A DNA stretch of 32,000 nucleotides, from assembly GCA_004284765.1 (NCBI GenBank), contig NQJD01000002.1, positions 120,001 through 152,000 on the forward strand. The letters run 5' to 3'. The DNA is from Candidatus Electronema aureum. GTDB lineage: Bacteria; Desulfobacterota; Desulfobulbia; Desulfobulbales; Desulfobulbaceae. This document shows, one piece after another, positions 7,742 to 20,322 of the stretch. The position numbers were made by a program, and so were the translations under genes. Every line of letters begins with the position of its first letter. Positions within the stretch are counted from its first letter, which is position 1. The notes under the pieces are model-generated. The model did no database searches. It saw only the letters and a list, made by a program, of their open reading frames with translations, and was not told the DNA's origin.

Positions 7742-8305
7742 ATGGCTAAAAGATGGTATATAGTTCATACTCACACCGGCTTTGAGGCGAAAGTAAAAGC
7801 GACGCTTGAGGAAAATATCCGACAATCTGGGCAGCAGGAACTGTTCGGCGGTATTCTTGTTCCTACTGAACAAGTGGTCGAGATGGTCAAAGGAGAACGG
7901 AAAACCTCAGCTCGTAAGTTCTTTCCCGGCTATCTGCTGGTGAATATGGAGATGAACGAGCATACGTGGCACACTGTAGTCGAGACGCATCGTGTTACTG
8001 GATTTGTTGGTATTAATTCGAGCCAAGCCCTTGCCGGTCAGGACATCTACAAGCTGATCCCCGCCCTCACAGAGAAGGAAGCCGCCAAGATTATTCTGCG
8101 GATTGAGCAAGGTTCGGAAAAACCCATACCAAAAGTCATCTTTGAGGTCGGCGACGTGGTGCGAGTTACGGAAGGCCCTTTCGCCAATTTTGAAGGCACA
8201 GTGGATGAAGTTTTCCCAGACAAGGGACGGGTTCGTGTTATGGTGTCTATCTTCGGACGTTCAACACCTGTTGAACTCGAATACATGCAAGTGAGTAACA
8301 ATTAG
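7742..8305 (+). CDS. nusG: Transcription termination/antitermination factor NusG
   Basis: 187 aa. The NGN domain starts [15 protein letters not shown], and the C-terminal KOW is [18 protein letters not shown]. The secE-nusG-rplK order is conserved. Confidence 0.93.
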   Translation: MAKRWYIVHTHTGFEAKVKATLEENIRQSGQQELFGGILVPTEQVVEMVKGERKTSARKFFPGYLLVNMEMNEHTWHTVVETHRVTGFVGINSSQALAGQDIYKLIPALTEKEAAKIILRIEQGSEKPIPKVIFEVGDVVRVTEGPFANFEGTVDEVFPDKGRVRVMVSIFGRSTPVELEYMQVSNN

Positions 8306-8329
8306 ATTCCGCCCATGGGGGAATGAATC

Positions 8330-8752
8330 ATGAAAAAAATACAGGCATACATTAAGCTACAGATACCAGCAGGCAAAGCGAACCCATCACCGCCCATCGG
8401 CCCAGCTCTTGGCCAGCAGGGTGTGAACATTATGGGATTCTGTAAGGAGTTCAACGCTCGGACGCAATCAGAAGGTGACATGATCATTCCGGTGGTCATC
8501 ACAGTGTTCAGCGACCGCTCTTTCACCTTTGTGACCAAGACTCCGCCTGCTTCGGTACTTCTGCTCAAGGCGGCAGGTCTCCAAAAAGGTTCTAGTAATC
8601 CCAAAAAAGACCGCGTGGCTGAACTCTCCAATGAAAAAATTAGAGAGATCGCGGAGCGAAAGATGCCTAATCTGAACGCTTACGATGTCGAACAGGCAAT
8701 CAAGATCATCAAAGGCACGGCCCGTAGCTGCGGCATTACGGTACTGTCCTAA
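8330..8752 (+). CDS. rplK: 50S ribosomal protein L11
   Basis: 140 aa with [36 protein letters not shown]. Confidence 0.96.
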   Translation: MKKIQAYIKLQIPAGKANPSPPIGPALGQQGVNIMGFCKEFNARTQSEGDMIIPVVITVFSDRSFTFVTKTPPASVLLLKAAGLQKGSSNPKKDRVAELSNEKIREIAERKMPNLNAYDVEQAIKIIKGTARSCGITVLS

Positions 8753-8839
8753 TTTTCTGCGGGAAATCCGCACATATTTATTCGTTTGCACCTGTCCTAG
8801 TAACCGCAGGACGAGGGAGAACTGAGCGAGGTTTATATT

Positions 8840-9547
8840 ATGCCTAAACATGGAAAGCAGTATCGAAAGGCAGCGGAAGCTATTGACCGTACGACCCTGT
8901 ATGGATTGCAAGAAGCAGTAGAACTGGTAATAAAAAGTGGTTCTGCTAAATTTGACGAGTCGGTAGATATCGCTGTTCGGTTGGGAATTGATCCTCGTCA
9001 TGCTGATCAGATGGTGCGCTCCGCAGTCGTGTTGCCCCACGGTATCGGTAAGGAGGTGCGAGTGTTGGTTTTCGCTAAAGGCGAGAAAGAGGCTGAGGCT
9101 CTTGCCGCTGGAGCAGATTACGCCGGTTCTGATGAAATCGTAAAAAAAATTCAGGGCGGTTGGCTGGATTTCGATAAAACCATTGCCACGCCGGATATGA
9201 TGGGTGAGGTGGGTAAGATCGGTCGTATTCTTGGTCCACGCAACCTGATGCCCAACGCCAAGCTCGGCACTGTTACCTTTGACATCGCTCGTGCGGTCAG
9301 CGAGACCAAAAAGGGCAAGGTGGATTTCAAAGCTGATAAGGCCGGTGTTGTACATGCCGTAGTTGGTAAAAAATCCTTCAGCGCAGATAAACTGAACGAG
9401 AACATTTTGTTGTTCATCGATAAGTTGATTCAGCTGAAGCCTTCTTCCAGCAAAGGCGTTTATGTGCGGGCAATTTGTCTCTCTACCACGATGGGGCCAG
9501 GGGTAAAAGTTGATCCCGTACAGGCACGGTCGTTGATCAAAGCCTGA
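8840..9547 (+). CDS. rplA: 50S ribosomal protein L1
   Basis: 235 aa, starting [13 protein letters not shown] and containing [10 protein letters not shown]. The position is conserved. Confidence 0.95.
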   Translation: MPKHGKQYRKAAEAIDRTTLYGLQEAVELVIKSGSAKFDESVDIAVRLGIDPRHADQMVRSAVVLPHGIGKEVRVLVFAKGEKEAEALAAGADYAGSDEIVKKIQGGWLDFDKTIATPDMMGEVGKIGRILGPRNLMPNAKLGTVTFDIARAVSETKKGKVDFKADKAGVVHAVVGKKSFSADKLNENILLFIDKLIQLKPSSSKGVYVRAICLSTTMGPGVKVDPVQARSLIKA

Positions 9548-9788
9548 TAGGCCAACAAAAGCTGCCGCCTTTTAATAAAAAAAGAGACGGTTGCTCCTTT
9601 TTACAACATAATTCTGGGAAGGTCAAAGACAGCAGGCACGTTTTGTTTAATAGCCGTAAGGTTGCCCGCCGAGACCCGCCGATGTTCCTCCCTCCTGCCA
9701 AAGGAGTTTGAAACAGCTGCATGTCTGCACTTGTTGTTCCTGCTGTCCTGCGACAATCCCGTGTCTCTCATTTAAGGAGGTGTGCCAG
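9548..9788 (+). promoter_or_regulatory. Long (241-nt) rplJ 5' leader, a candidate L10/L12 autoregulatory leader
   Basis: The spacer is unusually long for this cluster. It contains CCTCCT (9691-9696), which is complementary both to a nearby pseudo-SD AAGGAG (9701-9706) and to the real SD AAGGAGG (9774-9780). I did not verify any L10-leader fold. Confidence 0.35.
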
Positions 9789-10316
9789 TTGAATCGCGAA
9801 AGCAAGGTTCTGAAGGTCAATGAACTGAAAGATACCTTTACCAGAGCCAAATTTGCAGCCGTAGCTGACTACCAAGGCTTGAAAGTCACGGAGCTGGAAA
9901 AATTGCGGATTAGTCTCCGTGAGCAAAATGCCCAGCTTCAGATTGCAAAAAATACCCTTCTGCGGATCGCTGCTAAAGATACCGAGTATGAAGGGTTACA
10001 GCAGGACTTTACTGGCACCACAGTCGTAGCTTTTGGCTTTGAAGAGCCAGTTGGGCCTGCTAAGGCGTTGGCTGAGTTCAACAAGGAATTTGCCAAGCTC
10101 CAGCTAAGAGCGGCCATGTTTGAAGGCAAACGGATGAGTGGTGAGCAGATCATCGCCCTTTCTAAGTTGCCTTCTAAGCATCAACTGCTGGGACAGCTGT
10201 GTGGTGTGCTGGCTGCGGTACCGACCAAATTGGTTCGTACCCTCAATGCCGCGCCGAGCAATTTGGTTTATGCGTTGCAGGCCATCAAAGAGCAGAAGGA
10301 ACAGCAAGAAAACTAA
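9789..10316 (+). CDS. rplJ: 50S ribosomal protein L10
   Basis: 175 aa from TTG 9789, 8 nt after AAGGAGG, giving (M)NRESKVLKVNELKDTF. The ORF-track start at 9708 adds a Cys-rich 27-aa extension with no usable SD spacing. Confidence 0.85.
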   Translation: MNRESKVLKVNELKDTFTRAKFAAVADYQGLKVTELEKLRISLREQNAQLQIAKNTLLRIAAKDTEYEGLQQDFTGTTVVAFGFEEPVGPAKALAEFNKEFAKLQLRAAMFEGKRMSGEQIIALSKLPSKHQLLGQLCGVLAAVPTKLVRTLNAAPSNLVYALQAIKEQKEQQEN

Positions 10317-10349
10317 CCCTACGTTATATTTCATCAGGAGGAATACGAG

Positions 10350-10724
10350 ATGTCTGAAGCTATTGAGCAGGTAGTTGCCCTTGTCGAGAAGATGACCATT
10401 TTAGAGGTTGCTGAACTCGTTAAGGCTTTAGAAGAGAAGTTCGGTGTGTCCGCTGCTGCGCCAGTAACGGTTGCCGCTGCGGGAGCTGCACCTGCTGCCG
10501 CTGTTGAGGAAAAGACCGAGTTTGACGTGATCCTGACTGCTGGCGGCGACCAGAAGATCAAAGTGATCAAAGAGGTACGCGCCATCACCGCCTTGGGCCT
10601 GAAAGAGGCTAAGGATTTGGTTGAAGGAACACCTGCCCCGATTAAGCAGGGCGTGTCCAAGCAGGAAGCTGAGGACATCAAGAAGAAGATTGAAGAAGCC
10701 GGCGGTGCCGTGCAGATCAAGTAG
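10350..10724 (+). CDS. rplL: 50S ribosomal protein L7/L12
   Basis: 124 aa with an Ala-rich hinge and a C-terminal domain [24 protein letters not shown]. Confidence 0.96.
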   Translation: MSEAIEQVVALVEKMTILEVAELVKALEEKFGVSAAAPVTVAAAGAAPAAAVEEKTEFDVILTAGGDQKIKVIKEVRAITALGLKEAKDLVEGTPAPIKQGVSKQEAEDIKKKIEEAGGAVQIK

Positions 10725-10789
10725 CTTCTGCTTTTCAGTTGTCCGCCCTGGTCATCAGCTCTCTCTCCAGGGAAGATACGCAAAACATT

Positions 10790-10837
10790 CGGTAACGCTA
10801 TGGGGGAAAAACCCTCGTGGCGTTACTGCGTTTTTTT
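10790..10837 (+). terminator. Candidate rplL-rpoB attenuator
   Basis: Outer stem GTAACGC (10792-10798) / GCGTTAC (10820-10826) encloses an inner GGG/CCC helix. A T7 run follows at 10831-10837. The position is analogous to the known E. coli rplL-rpoB attenuator. Confidence 0.5.
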
Positions 10838-10930
10838 GCAGGCAGGGCAAGGGCTGCTTTTCAATTTTCTAAAAACGACCGAAGCGGATCAGGCAGAGCT
10901 GATTTCTGCGAACTGCATCAAGAGGGGATC

Positions 10931-13900
10931 ATGAAGAGAATACGCAAAGGGTTTGCCAAAACACGCAAAATTGTAGAGCCGCCGCATCTTATCGCTATGC
11001 AGCGGCATTCTTATGACCGCTTTCTCCAGATGAAGACTGTTCCGTCGCAACGGGAAGAAATCGGTCTCCAAGCTATATTTAAAAGCATTTTTCCTATCTC
11101 CGATTTCAACGGACTCTGTACTCTTGAGTTTGTTCATTATTCATTTGGCGAGCATAAATATACGGTGCAGGAGTGCATCGAACGCGGCATGACCTTTGAA
11201 GTGCCGGTCAAGATTACCGTCCGCTTGATCACCTTTGAAATCGACGAAACCACCGGAGTCAAGTCTGTTCGCGACATCAAGGAGCAGGAGGTTTTTCTCG
11301 GTTCCCTGCCTCTGATGACCAATGACGGAGTTTTTGTTATCAACGGCACTGAGCGGGTGATTGTTAATCAGCTTCAGCGTTCTCCTGGCTTGTTTTATAC
11401 CCATGATGGCGGCAAATCGCACATATCCAGCAAGCGACTGTACTCGGCCCGTATCATTCCAGTGCGTGGTTCTTGGTTAGATTTTGACTTTGATATCAAG
11501 GATATTCTCTATGTTCGTATTGACCGTCGCCGCAAACTGTTAGTCACCACGTTGCTCAAAGCACTGGGCTATTCGGATGAACAATTGCTGCGCGAATTTT
11601 ATCATGTTGATCAGGTGCGGATAGAGAACGGCAAATATTTCCTTCGATTTCAGCCGGAAACCTTTATCGGTCAGCGACTAACGGCAGATTTGATTGATCC
11701 GACCGATGGCAGTGTGATCGGCAAGGAAGGTCGTAAAATTTCTAAGGCCTTAGCAAAGCGCATGGAAAAGGCTGGCGTACAATCCTTAGAAGTTTCTGCC
11801 GAAGACCTGCTGGGCCGTTTTCTCGCTGCTGCTTTGAGGCATCCTGAAACTGGCGAAGTGATGGCCGACTGCAACGAGGCTCTGAGCGAAGGCTTGCTGG
11901 AGAACATTAAGGAATGCGGAATCAAGGAATTTGAGCTGCTTTTTATTGACAACGTCAATATTTCCGAATCATTTCGTAAAACGCTCGCCTTAGATAAAGT
12001 ACGTGATACCCCACAGGCTCTGATGGAAATTTACCGCCGTCTGCGGCCATCCAGCCCACCTACCGTGGAAATCGCGCAAGATTTTTTCAATAAACTCTTT
12101 TTTGATCCAGCAGCGTATGACCTTTCCGAGGTAGGCCGTTACAAAATCAATTCCCGGCTGAGTTTAGATACACCGATTGAGCAAAAGACCCTGACGAAGG
12201 AAGATATCCTCCTGAGTGTTAAGCATTTGGTGCAAATCAAAGACGAGTTGCAAGAGAGCGATGACATCGATCATCTTGGCAACCGACGGGTACGCACGGT
12301 GGGTGAGCTGTGTGAGAGCCAGTACCGGATGGGTTTAGTACGGATGGAGCGTGCTATTCGCGAGCGGATGAGTCTTCAGGAAATCGAAACACTGATGCCG
12401 CATGACCTGATCAATCCTAAGCCGATAAATTCAGCAATTAAAGAATTTTTTGCCACATCCCAGCTCTCTCAGTTCATGGATCAGACCAATCCGCTTTCTG
12501 AGGTAACGCACAAGCGGCGGCTTTCCGCCTTGGGGCCTGGTGGCTTGACTCGTGAGCGAGCTGGTTTTGAGGTACGAGACGTACATCCCACGCATTACGG
12601 TCGTATTTGCCCGGTTGAGACCCCTGAGGGGCCGAACATCGGCTTAATTGTTTCGCTGGCGACGTATGCCACGGTCAATCCTTATGGTTTCATCGAAACA
12701 CCGTATCGGATCGTCCATGAGCGCAGAGTTACAGAAGAAATAAAAAACTTCACCGCATTGCAAGAGCAGGGATATGTGGTGGCTCCGGCCAGTGTACCGG
12801 TCAATGATAACAACGTTATCGCGGCGGACAATTTAATCGCTCGGCAAGATGGCGAAGTCGTGACGGTGCCAACAGACGATGTTACGGCGATGGATGTCGC
12901 GCCAAACCAGATGGTTTCCATTGCCGCTTCCTTAATTCCTTTTTTGGAAAACGACGATGCTAACCGCGCTTTGATGGGTTCTAACATGCAGCGGCAGGCT
13001 GTGCCGTTGCTGAAACCAGCAGCTCCTATCGTGGGTACCGGCGTAGAGCGCAATCTGGCTTTAGATTCCGGTGCTTGTTTGCTGGCTGCGGGATCAGGTG
13101 TGGTTGAAGAAGCGGATGCAAACCGGGTCGTGGTGCGCTATGACGAGGCAGGTACTGACGGTTTTGAAACCGGCATTGCGGTCTATCATCTGTCCAAGTA
13201 CAAAAAGACCAACCAAAATACCTGCTTTAATCAGAAACCGTTAGCTTTGCCGGGGCAGCGAGTGATTAAGGGCGATGTGCTGGCTGACGGTCCTTCCACC
13301 GATTTAGGTGAGTTGGCCCTCGGCAAAAATATAACCATCGCCTTTATGCCGTGGCGTGGCTACAACTTCGAGGATTCGATCCTGATCAACGAACGGTTGC
13401 TCAAGGAAGATACCTTCACTTCCGTACATATCGAGATCTTCGAGACCGTAGCCCGCGACACTAAGCTGGGCAAGGAAGAAATCACCCGCGATATCCCCAA
13501 TGTTGGCGACGACGCGCTGCGCAATCTTGACGAGTCCGGCATCATTCGCATCGGCGCGGAAGTAAAGGCTGGTGACATGCTGGTCGGCAAAGTGACTCCA
13601 AAAGGCGAGACGATGCTGTCGCCGGAGGAAAAGCTGCTGCGGGCGATATTTGGGGAAAAAGCAGGCGATGTTAAAGATTCTTCGCTGCGGGTGCCGCCGG
13701 GCATTGAGGGTGTAATCATTGATGCCAAAGTCTTTTCGCGCAAGGGTGTGGACAAAGACGAGCGCAGTTTGTTGATCGAAGATGAAGATATCCGTAGCCT
13801 TAACCGGGATATGGAAGATGAGCTGCGCAGTTTGAAAAATGGAGTGCGCAAAACCCTCTGTGATTTACTTGTTGATCGCACTGCTAAAAGAGACATCAAA

Positions 13901-15016
13901 GGACGGAACGGCGAGGTACTTCTGCCTTTAGGTAAAAAGCTAACTGCCGAGGTTATTGCTCAGATCGAATTTGAGCAACTTCGCGGTTTAGATTTTTCAG
14001 AACGGGCTAAGTACGAAGGTGACATAGAGAGTGTGTTCAGCAGGTACTCGCGCCAAGCCCAAGAAGTACGTTCCCGCTATGAAGGGATGGTTGCCCGAAT
14101 GGAAAAAGGCGACGATCTGCCCCCCGGCGTGGTTAAGATGGTGAAAATTTACGTTGCCACCAAGCGCAGACTGGCGGTCGGCGATAAAATGGCGGGGCGG
14201 CACGGTAACAAGGGTGTAGTATCTCGGCTGCTGCCGGAAGAGGATATGCCTTTTTTTGCTGACGGCACCAGCGTCGATGTGGTGTTGAATCCCCTTGGTG
14301 TACCTTCACGTATGAATGTCGGCCAAGTTTTAGAATGTCATCTTGGCTTTGCTGCCAAGCGACTGGGCGAGCAAATTCAGAAGTTGGCTGAGGCCAAAGA
14401 ACTGGAACAGGTTAAAGCGCGGCTGAAAGTTTTGTATTCCGACGAGGAATACAACGCCATTACGGATGGGTTATCTGACGAGCAGCTTTTAGATAAGATG
14501 CGCAAATCTCGGCAGGGTATGCATGTATCCACTCCAGTCTTTGACGGCGCAACCGAGGCAGAAATCAGGAAAATGCTCACGGAGGCTGGTGTCGATGAAA
14601 TGGGCCAGTCCACCTTATATGACGGACTCACCGGCGATAAGTTTGACAACCCGGTTACGGTTGGAGTGATGTACATGCTCAAGCTGCACCATTTGGTCGA
14701 TAACAAAATTCATGCCCGCTCTACCGGTCCTTATTCCTTGGTGACGCAGCAGCCTTTAGGCGGCAAGGCTCAATTCGGCGGTCAGCGGCTCGGCGAAATG
14801 GAGGTTTGGGCAATGGAGTCCTACGGCGCGGCCTACACCCTGAAGGAATTTCTAACGGTTAAGTCGGACGATGTCGAAGGCAGGACTTCTATGTATGAAA
14901 AAATCGTCAAAGGGAACAACTTCCTTGACGCAGGCTTGCCTGAATCCTTCCATGTGTTGGTCAAGGAGTTAAAGGGGCTGTGTCTTGATGTTGAGCTTTT
15001 GTCCGATGAGGAATAA
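10931..15016 (+). CDS. rpoB: DNA-directed RNA polymerase beta subunit
   Basis: 1361 aa from ATG 10931 (AGAGGGGA upstream), starting [24 protein letters not shown]. It has the Rif-cluster sequence [30 protein letters not shown]. The ORF-track start at 10817 would overlap the attenuator. Confidence 0.96.
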   Translation: MKRIRKGFAKTRKIVEPPHLIAMQRHSYDRFLQMKTVPSQREEIGLQAIFKSIFPISDFNGLCTLEFVHYSFGEHKYTVQECIERGMTFEVPVKITVRLITFEIDETTGVKSVRDIKEQEVFLGSLPLMTNDGVFVINGTERVIVNQLQRSPGLFYTHDGGKSHISSKRLYSARIIPVRGSWLDFDFDIKDILYVRIDRRRKLLVTTLLKALGYSDEQLLREFYHVDQVRIENGKYFLRFQPETFIGQRLTADLIDPTDGSVIGKEGRKISKALAKRMEKAGVQSLEVSAEDLLGRFLAAALRHPETGEVMADCNEALSEGLLENIKECGIKEFELLFIDNVNISESFRKTLALDKVRDTPQALMEIYRRLRPSSPPTVEIAQDFFNKLFFDPAAYDLSEVGRYKINSRLSLDTPIEQKTLTKEDILLSVKHLVQIKDELQESDDIDHLGNRRVRTVGELCESQYRMGLVRMERAIRERMSLQEIETLMPHDLINPKPINSAIKEFFATSQLSQFMDQTNPLSEVTHKRRLSALGPGGLTRERAGFEVRDVHPTHYGRICPVETPEGPNIGLIVSLATYATVNPYGFIETPYRIVHERRVTEEIKNFTALQEQGYVVAPASVPVNDNNVIAADNLIARQDGEVVTVPTDDVTAMDVAPNQMVSIAASLIPFLENDDANRALMGSNMQRQAVPLLKPAAPIVGTGVERNLALDSGACLLAAGSGVVEEADANRVVVRYDEAGTDGFETGIAVYHLSKYKKTNQNTCFNQKPLALPGQRVIKGDVLADGPSTDLGELALGKNITIAFMPWRGYNFEDSILINERLLKEDTFTSVHIEIFETVARDTKLGKEEITRDIPNVGDDALRNLDESGIIRIGAEVKAGDMLVGKVTPKGETMLSPEEKLLRAIFGEKAGDVKDSSLRVPPGIEGVIIDAKVFSRKGVDKDERSLLIEDEDIRSLNRDMEDELRSLKNGVRKTLCDLLVDRTAKRDIKGRNGEVLLPLGKKLTAEVIAQIEFEQLRGLDFSERAKYEGDIESVFSRYSRQAQEVRSRYEGMVARMEKGDDLPPGVVKMVKIYVATKRRLAVGDKMAGRHGNKGVVSRLLPEEDMPFFADGTSVDVVLNPLGVPSRMNVGQVLECHLGFAAKRLGEQIQKLAEAKELEQVKARLKVLYSDEEYNAITDGLSDEQLLDKMRKSRQGMHVSTPVFDGATEAEIRKMLTEAGVDEMGQSTLYDGLTGDKFDNPVTVGVMYMLKLHHLVDNKIHARSTGPYSLVTQQPLGGKAQFGGQRLGEMEVWAMESYGAAYTLKEFLTVKSDDVEGRTSMYEKIVKGNNFLDAGLPESFHVLVKELKGLCLDVELLSDEE

Positions 15017-15104
15017 ACGGCGGCACGGCAACGCAGCCTGATACCGTGTGTTCTGAAAACGGCAATCCGTTTGTCTGATGTATAACTAAGAGAGGGTACG
15101 CTTC

Positions 15105-19169
<4,065 letters not shown>

Positions 19170-19184
19170 ATGTCATGATTTTGT

Positions 19185-19213
19185 TTGACATACGCTACTG
19201 TTCGTGCTAAACT
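19185..19213 (+). promoter_or_regulatory. Candidate sigma-70 promoter upstream of rpsL
   Basis: TTGACA (19185-19190), a 17-nt spacer, then TAAACT (19208-19213). Confidence 0.4.
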
Positions 19214-19217
19214 AAAA

Positions 19218-19257
19218 AGCTCACGTCCGCGCAAGGCGTGAATGCTGTTTTATTTTT
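19218..19257 (+). terminator. Terminator/attenuator-like hairpin plus U-tract in the rpoC-rpsL gap
   Basis: Stem TCACGTC (19221-19227) / GGCGTGA (19235-19241) includes one G.U pair, with a possible AGC/GCT extension. It is followed by GTTTTATTTTT (19247-19257), only 17 nt before the rpsL ATG. Confidence 0.35.
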
Positions 19258-19274
19258 GAAAGGAAAGGATTTGT

Positions 19275-19646
19275 ATGCCTACGATTAATCAGCTTGTCAG
19301 GAAGAGAAGGGAGAAGCAGGTACAGCGCTCCAGCACTCCGGCTATGCAGGAATGCCCGCAAAAGCGCGGCGTGTGTGTTAGAGTCTATACCACTACGCCT
19401 AAAAAACCTAACTCCGCGTTGCGGAAGGTCGCTCGGGTGCGGCTGGCTAACGGAATAGAGGTGACTTCTTACATCCCCGGTGTTGGTCATAACCTCCAAG
19501 AGCATTCGGTGGTGCTGATCCGTGGTGGTCGTGTCAAAGACCTACCTGGTGTACGTTATCACATTATTCGTGGCACTCTTGACACGCTGGGAGTTAATGA
19601 GCGGCGGCAAGGGCGTTCCAAGTACGGTGCCAAACGGCCTAAATAA
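19275..19646 (+). CDS. rpsL: 30S ribosomal protein S12
   Basis: 123 aa, starting [10 protein letters not shown] and containing [11 protein letters not shown] and [13 protein letters not shown]. Confidence 0.97.
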   Translation: MPTINQLVRKRREKQVQRSSTPAMQECPQKRGVCVRVYTTTPKKPNSALRKVARVRLANGIEVTSYIPGVGHNLQEHSVVLIRGGRVKDLPGVRYHIIRGTLDTLGVNERRQGRSKYGAKRPK

Positions 19647-19683
19647 GAGGCGGTCGCACAGATTGCCGGAGTGAGAGAACATC

Positions 19684-20157
19684 ATGCCGAGAAAAAGAGT
19701 ACAGAACAGGCGTTCTATAGAAGCTGATCCAAAATATAATTCGATTTTGGTTGCTCGCTTCACTAATGGCCTGATGATGGATGGAAAAAAGACGTTGGCC
19801 CTTCGCATGTTTTATGATGCAATGGAAACGGTGGGTGGCAAAGTTGTAGGCGAAGAGCCTATGACTGTTTTTGAAACAGCGATGGAGAATGTACGCCCTC
19901 GCGTTGAAGTAAAAAGCCGTCGGGTTGGTGGTGCCACGTATCAGGTGCCGGTAGAAGTGCGTCCTGAGCGAAAAAACGCCTTGGCTATTCGTTGGATCAT
20001 CAGCTTTGCCCAAAAGCGTCCTGGTCAGTCTATGGCTGAAAAGTTGGCAGCAGAAATTCTTGATGCCTACAATAACCGAGGATCCGCTGTTAAAAAACGT
20101 GACGAGACCCATAAAATGGCCGAAGCCAACAAAGCCTTCGCTCATTATCGCTGGTAG
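19684..20157 (+). CDS. rpsG: 30S ribosomal protein S7
   Basis: 157 aa with [16 protein letters not shown] and a C-terminal AFAHYRW. Confidence 0.96.
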   Translation: MPRKRVQNRRSIEADPKYNSILVARFTNGLMMDGKKTLALRMFYDAMETVGGKVVGEEPMTVFETAMENVRPRVEVKSRRVGGATYQVPVEVRPERKNALAIRWIISFAQKRPGQSMAEKLAAEILDAYNNRGSAVKKRDETHKMAEANKAFAHYRW

Positions 20158-20163
20158 CAGGTT

Positions 20164-20196
20164 CGCAGATTGATCTGGAAAAAAGATTAATCTGCG
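20164..20196 (+). other. 13-bp stem-loop immediately downstream of rpsG
   Basis: CGCAGATTGATCT (20164-20176) pairs with AGATTAATCTGCG (20184-20196) with one G.U pair, and the loop is GGAAAAA. No U-tract follows on either strand. Confidence 0.5.
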
Positions 20197-20214
20197 TAAA
20201 ATGCAAAAAGATTC

Positions 20215-20243
20215 TTGACAGCCAGACGAAAACGGGGTAAAAG
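20215..20243 (+). promoter_or_regulatory. Candidate internal promoter upstream of fusA
   Basis: TTGACA (20215-20220), a 17-nt spacer, then TAAAAG (20238-20243), about 80 nt upstream of the fusA start. Confidence 0.35.
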
Positions 20244-20322
20244 ATCAAGGTTTTTCTGGTAAGAGTCAGTAGCAGGTTATTGGTGACTGGGAAAACAGAA
20301 ACAACAAAGCGCGGGAAAAACA

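Noticed and set aside
8468-9355. A 295-aa minus-strand ORF spanning rplK, the spacer and rplA.
   Set aside because: It is antisense to two unambiguous r-protein genes, shows no recognisable motifs and has no RBS. It is a chance open frame.
10334-10783. A 149-aa minus-strand ORF over rplL.
   Set aside because: It is the antisense shadow of the Ala-rich (GCN-rich) L7/L12 coding sequence.
13360-13899. A 179-aa Ser/Leu-rich minus-strand ORF inside rpoB, with similar ORFs inside rpoC (17034-17480, 17541-17957) and over rplX/rplE (29478-30065).
   Set aside because: They are antisense to highly conserved CDSs, low in complexity and without translation signals. They are shadow ORFs.
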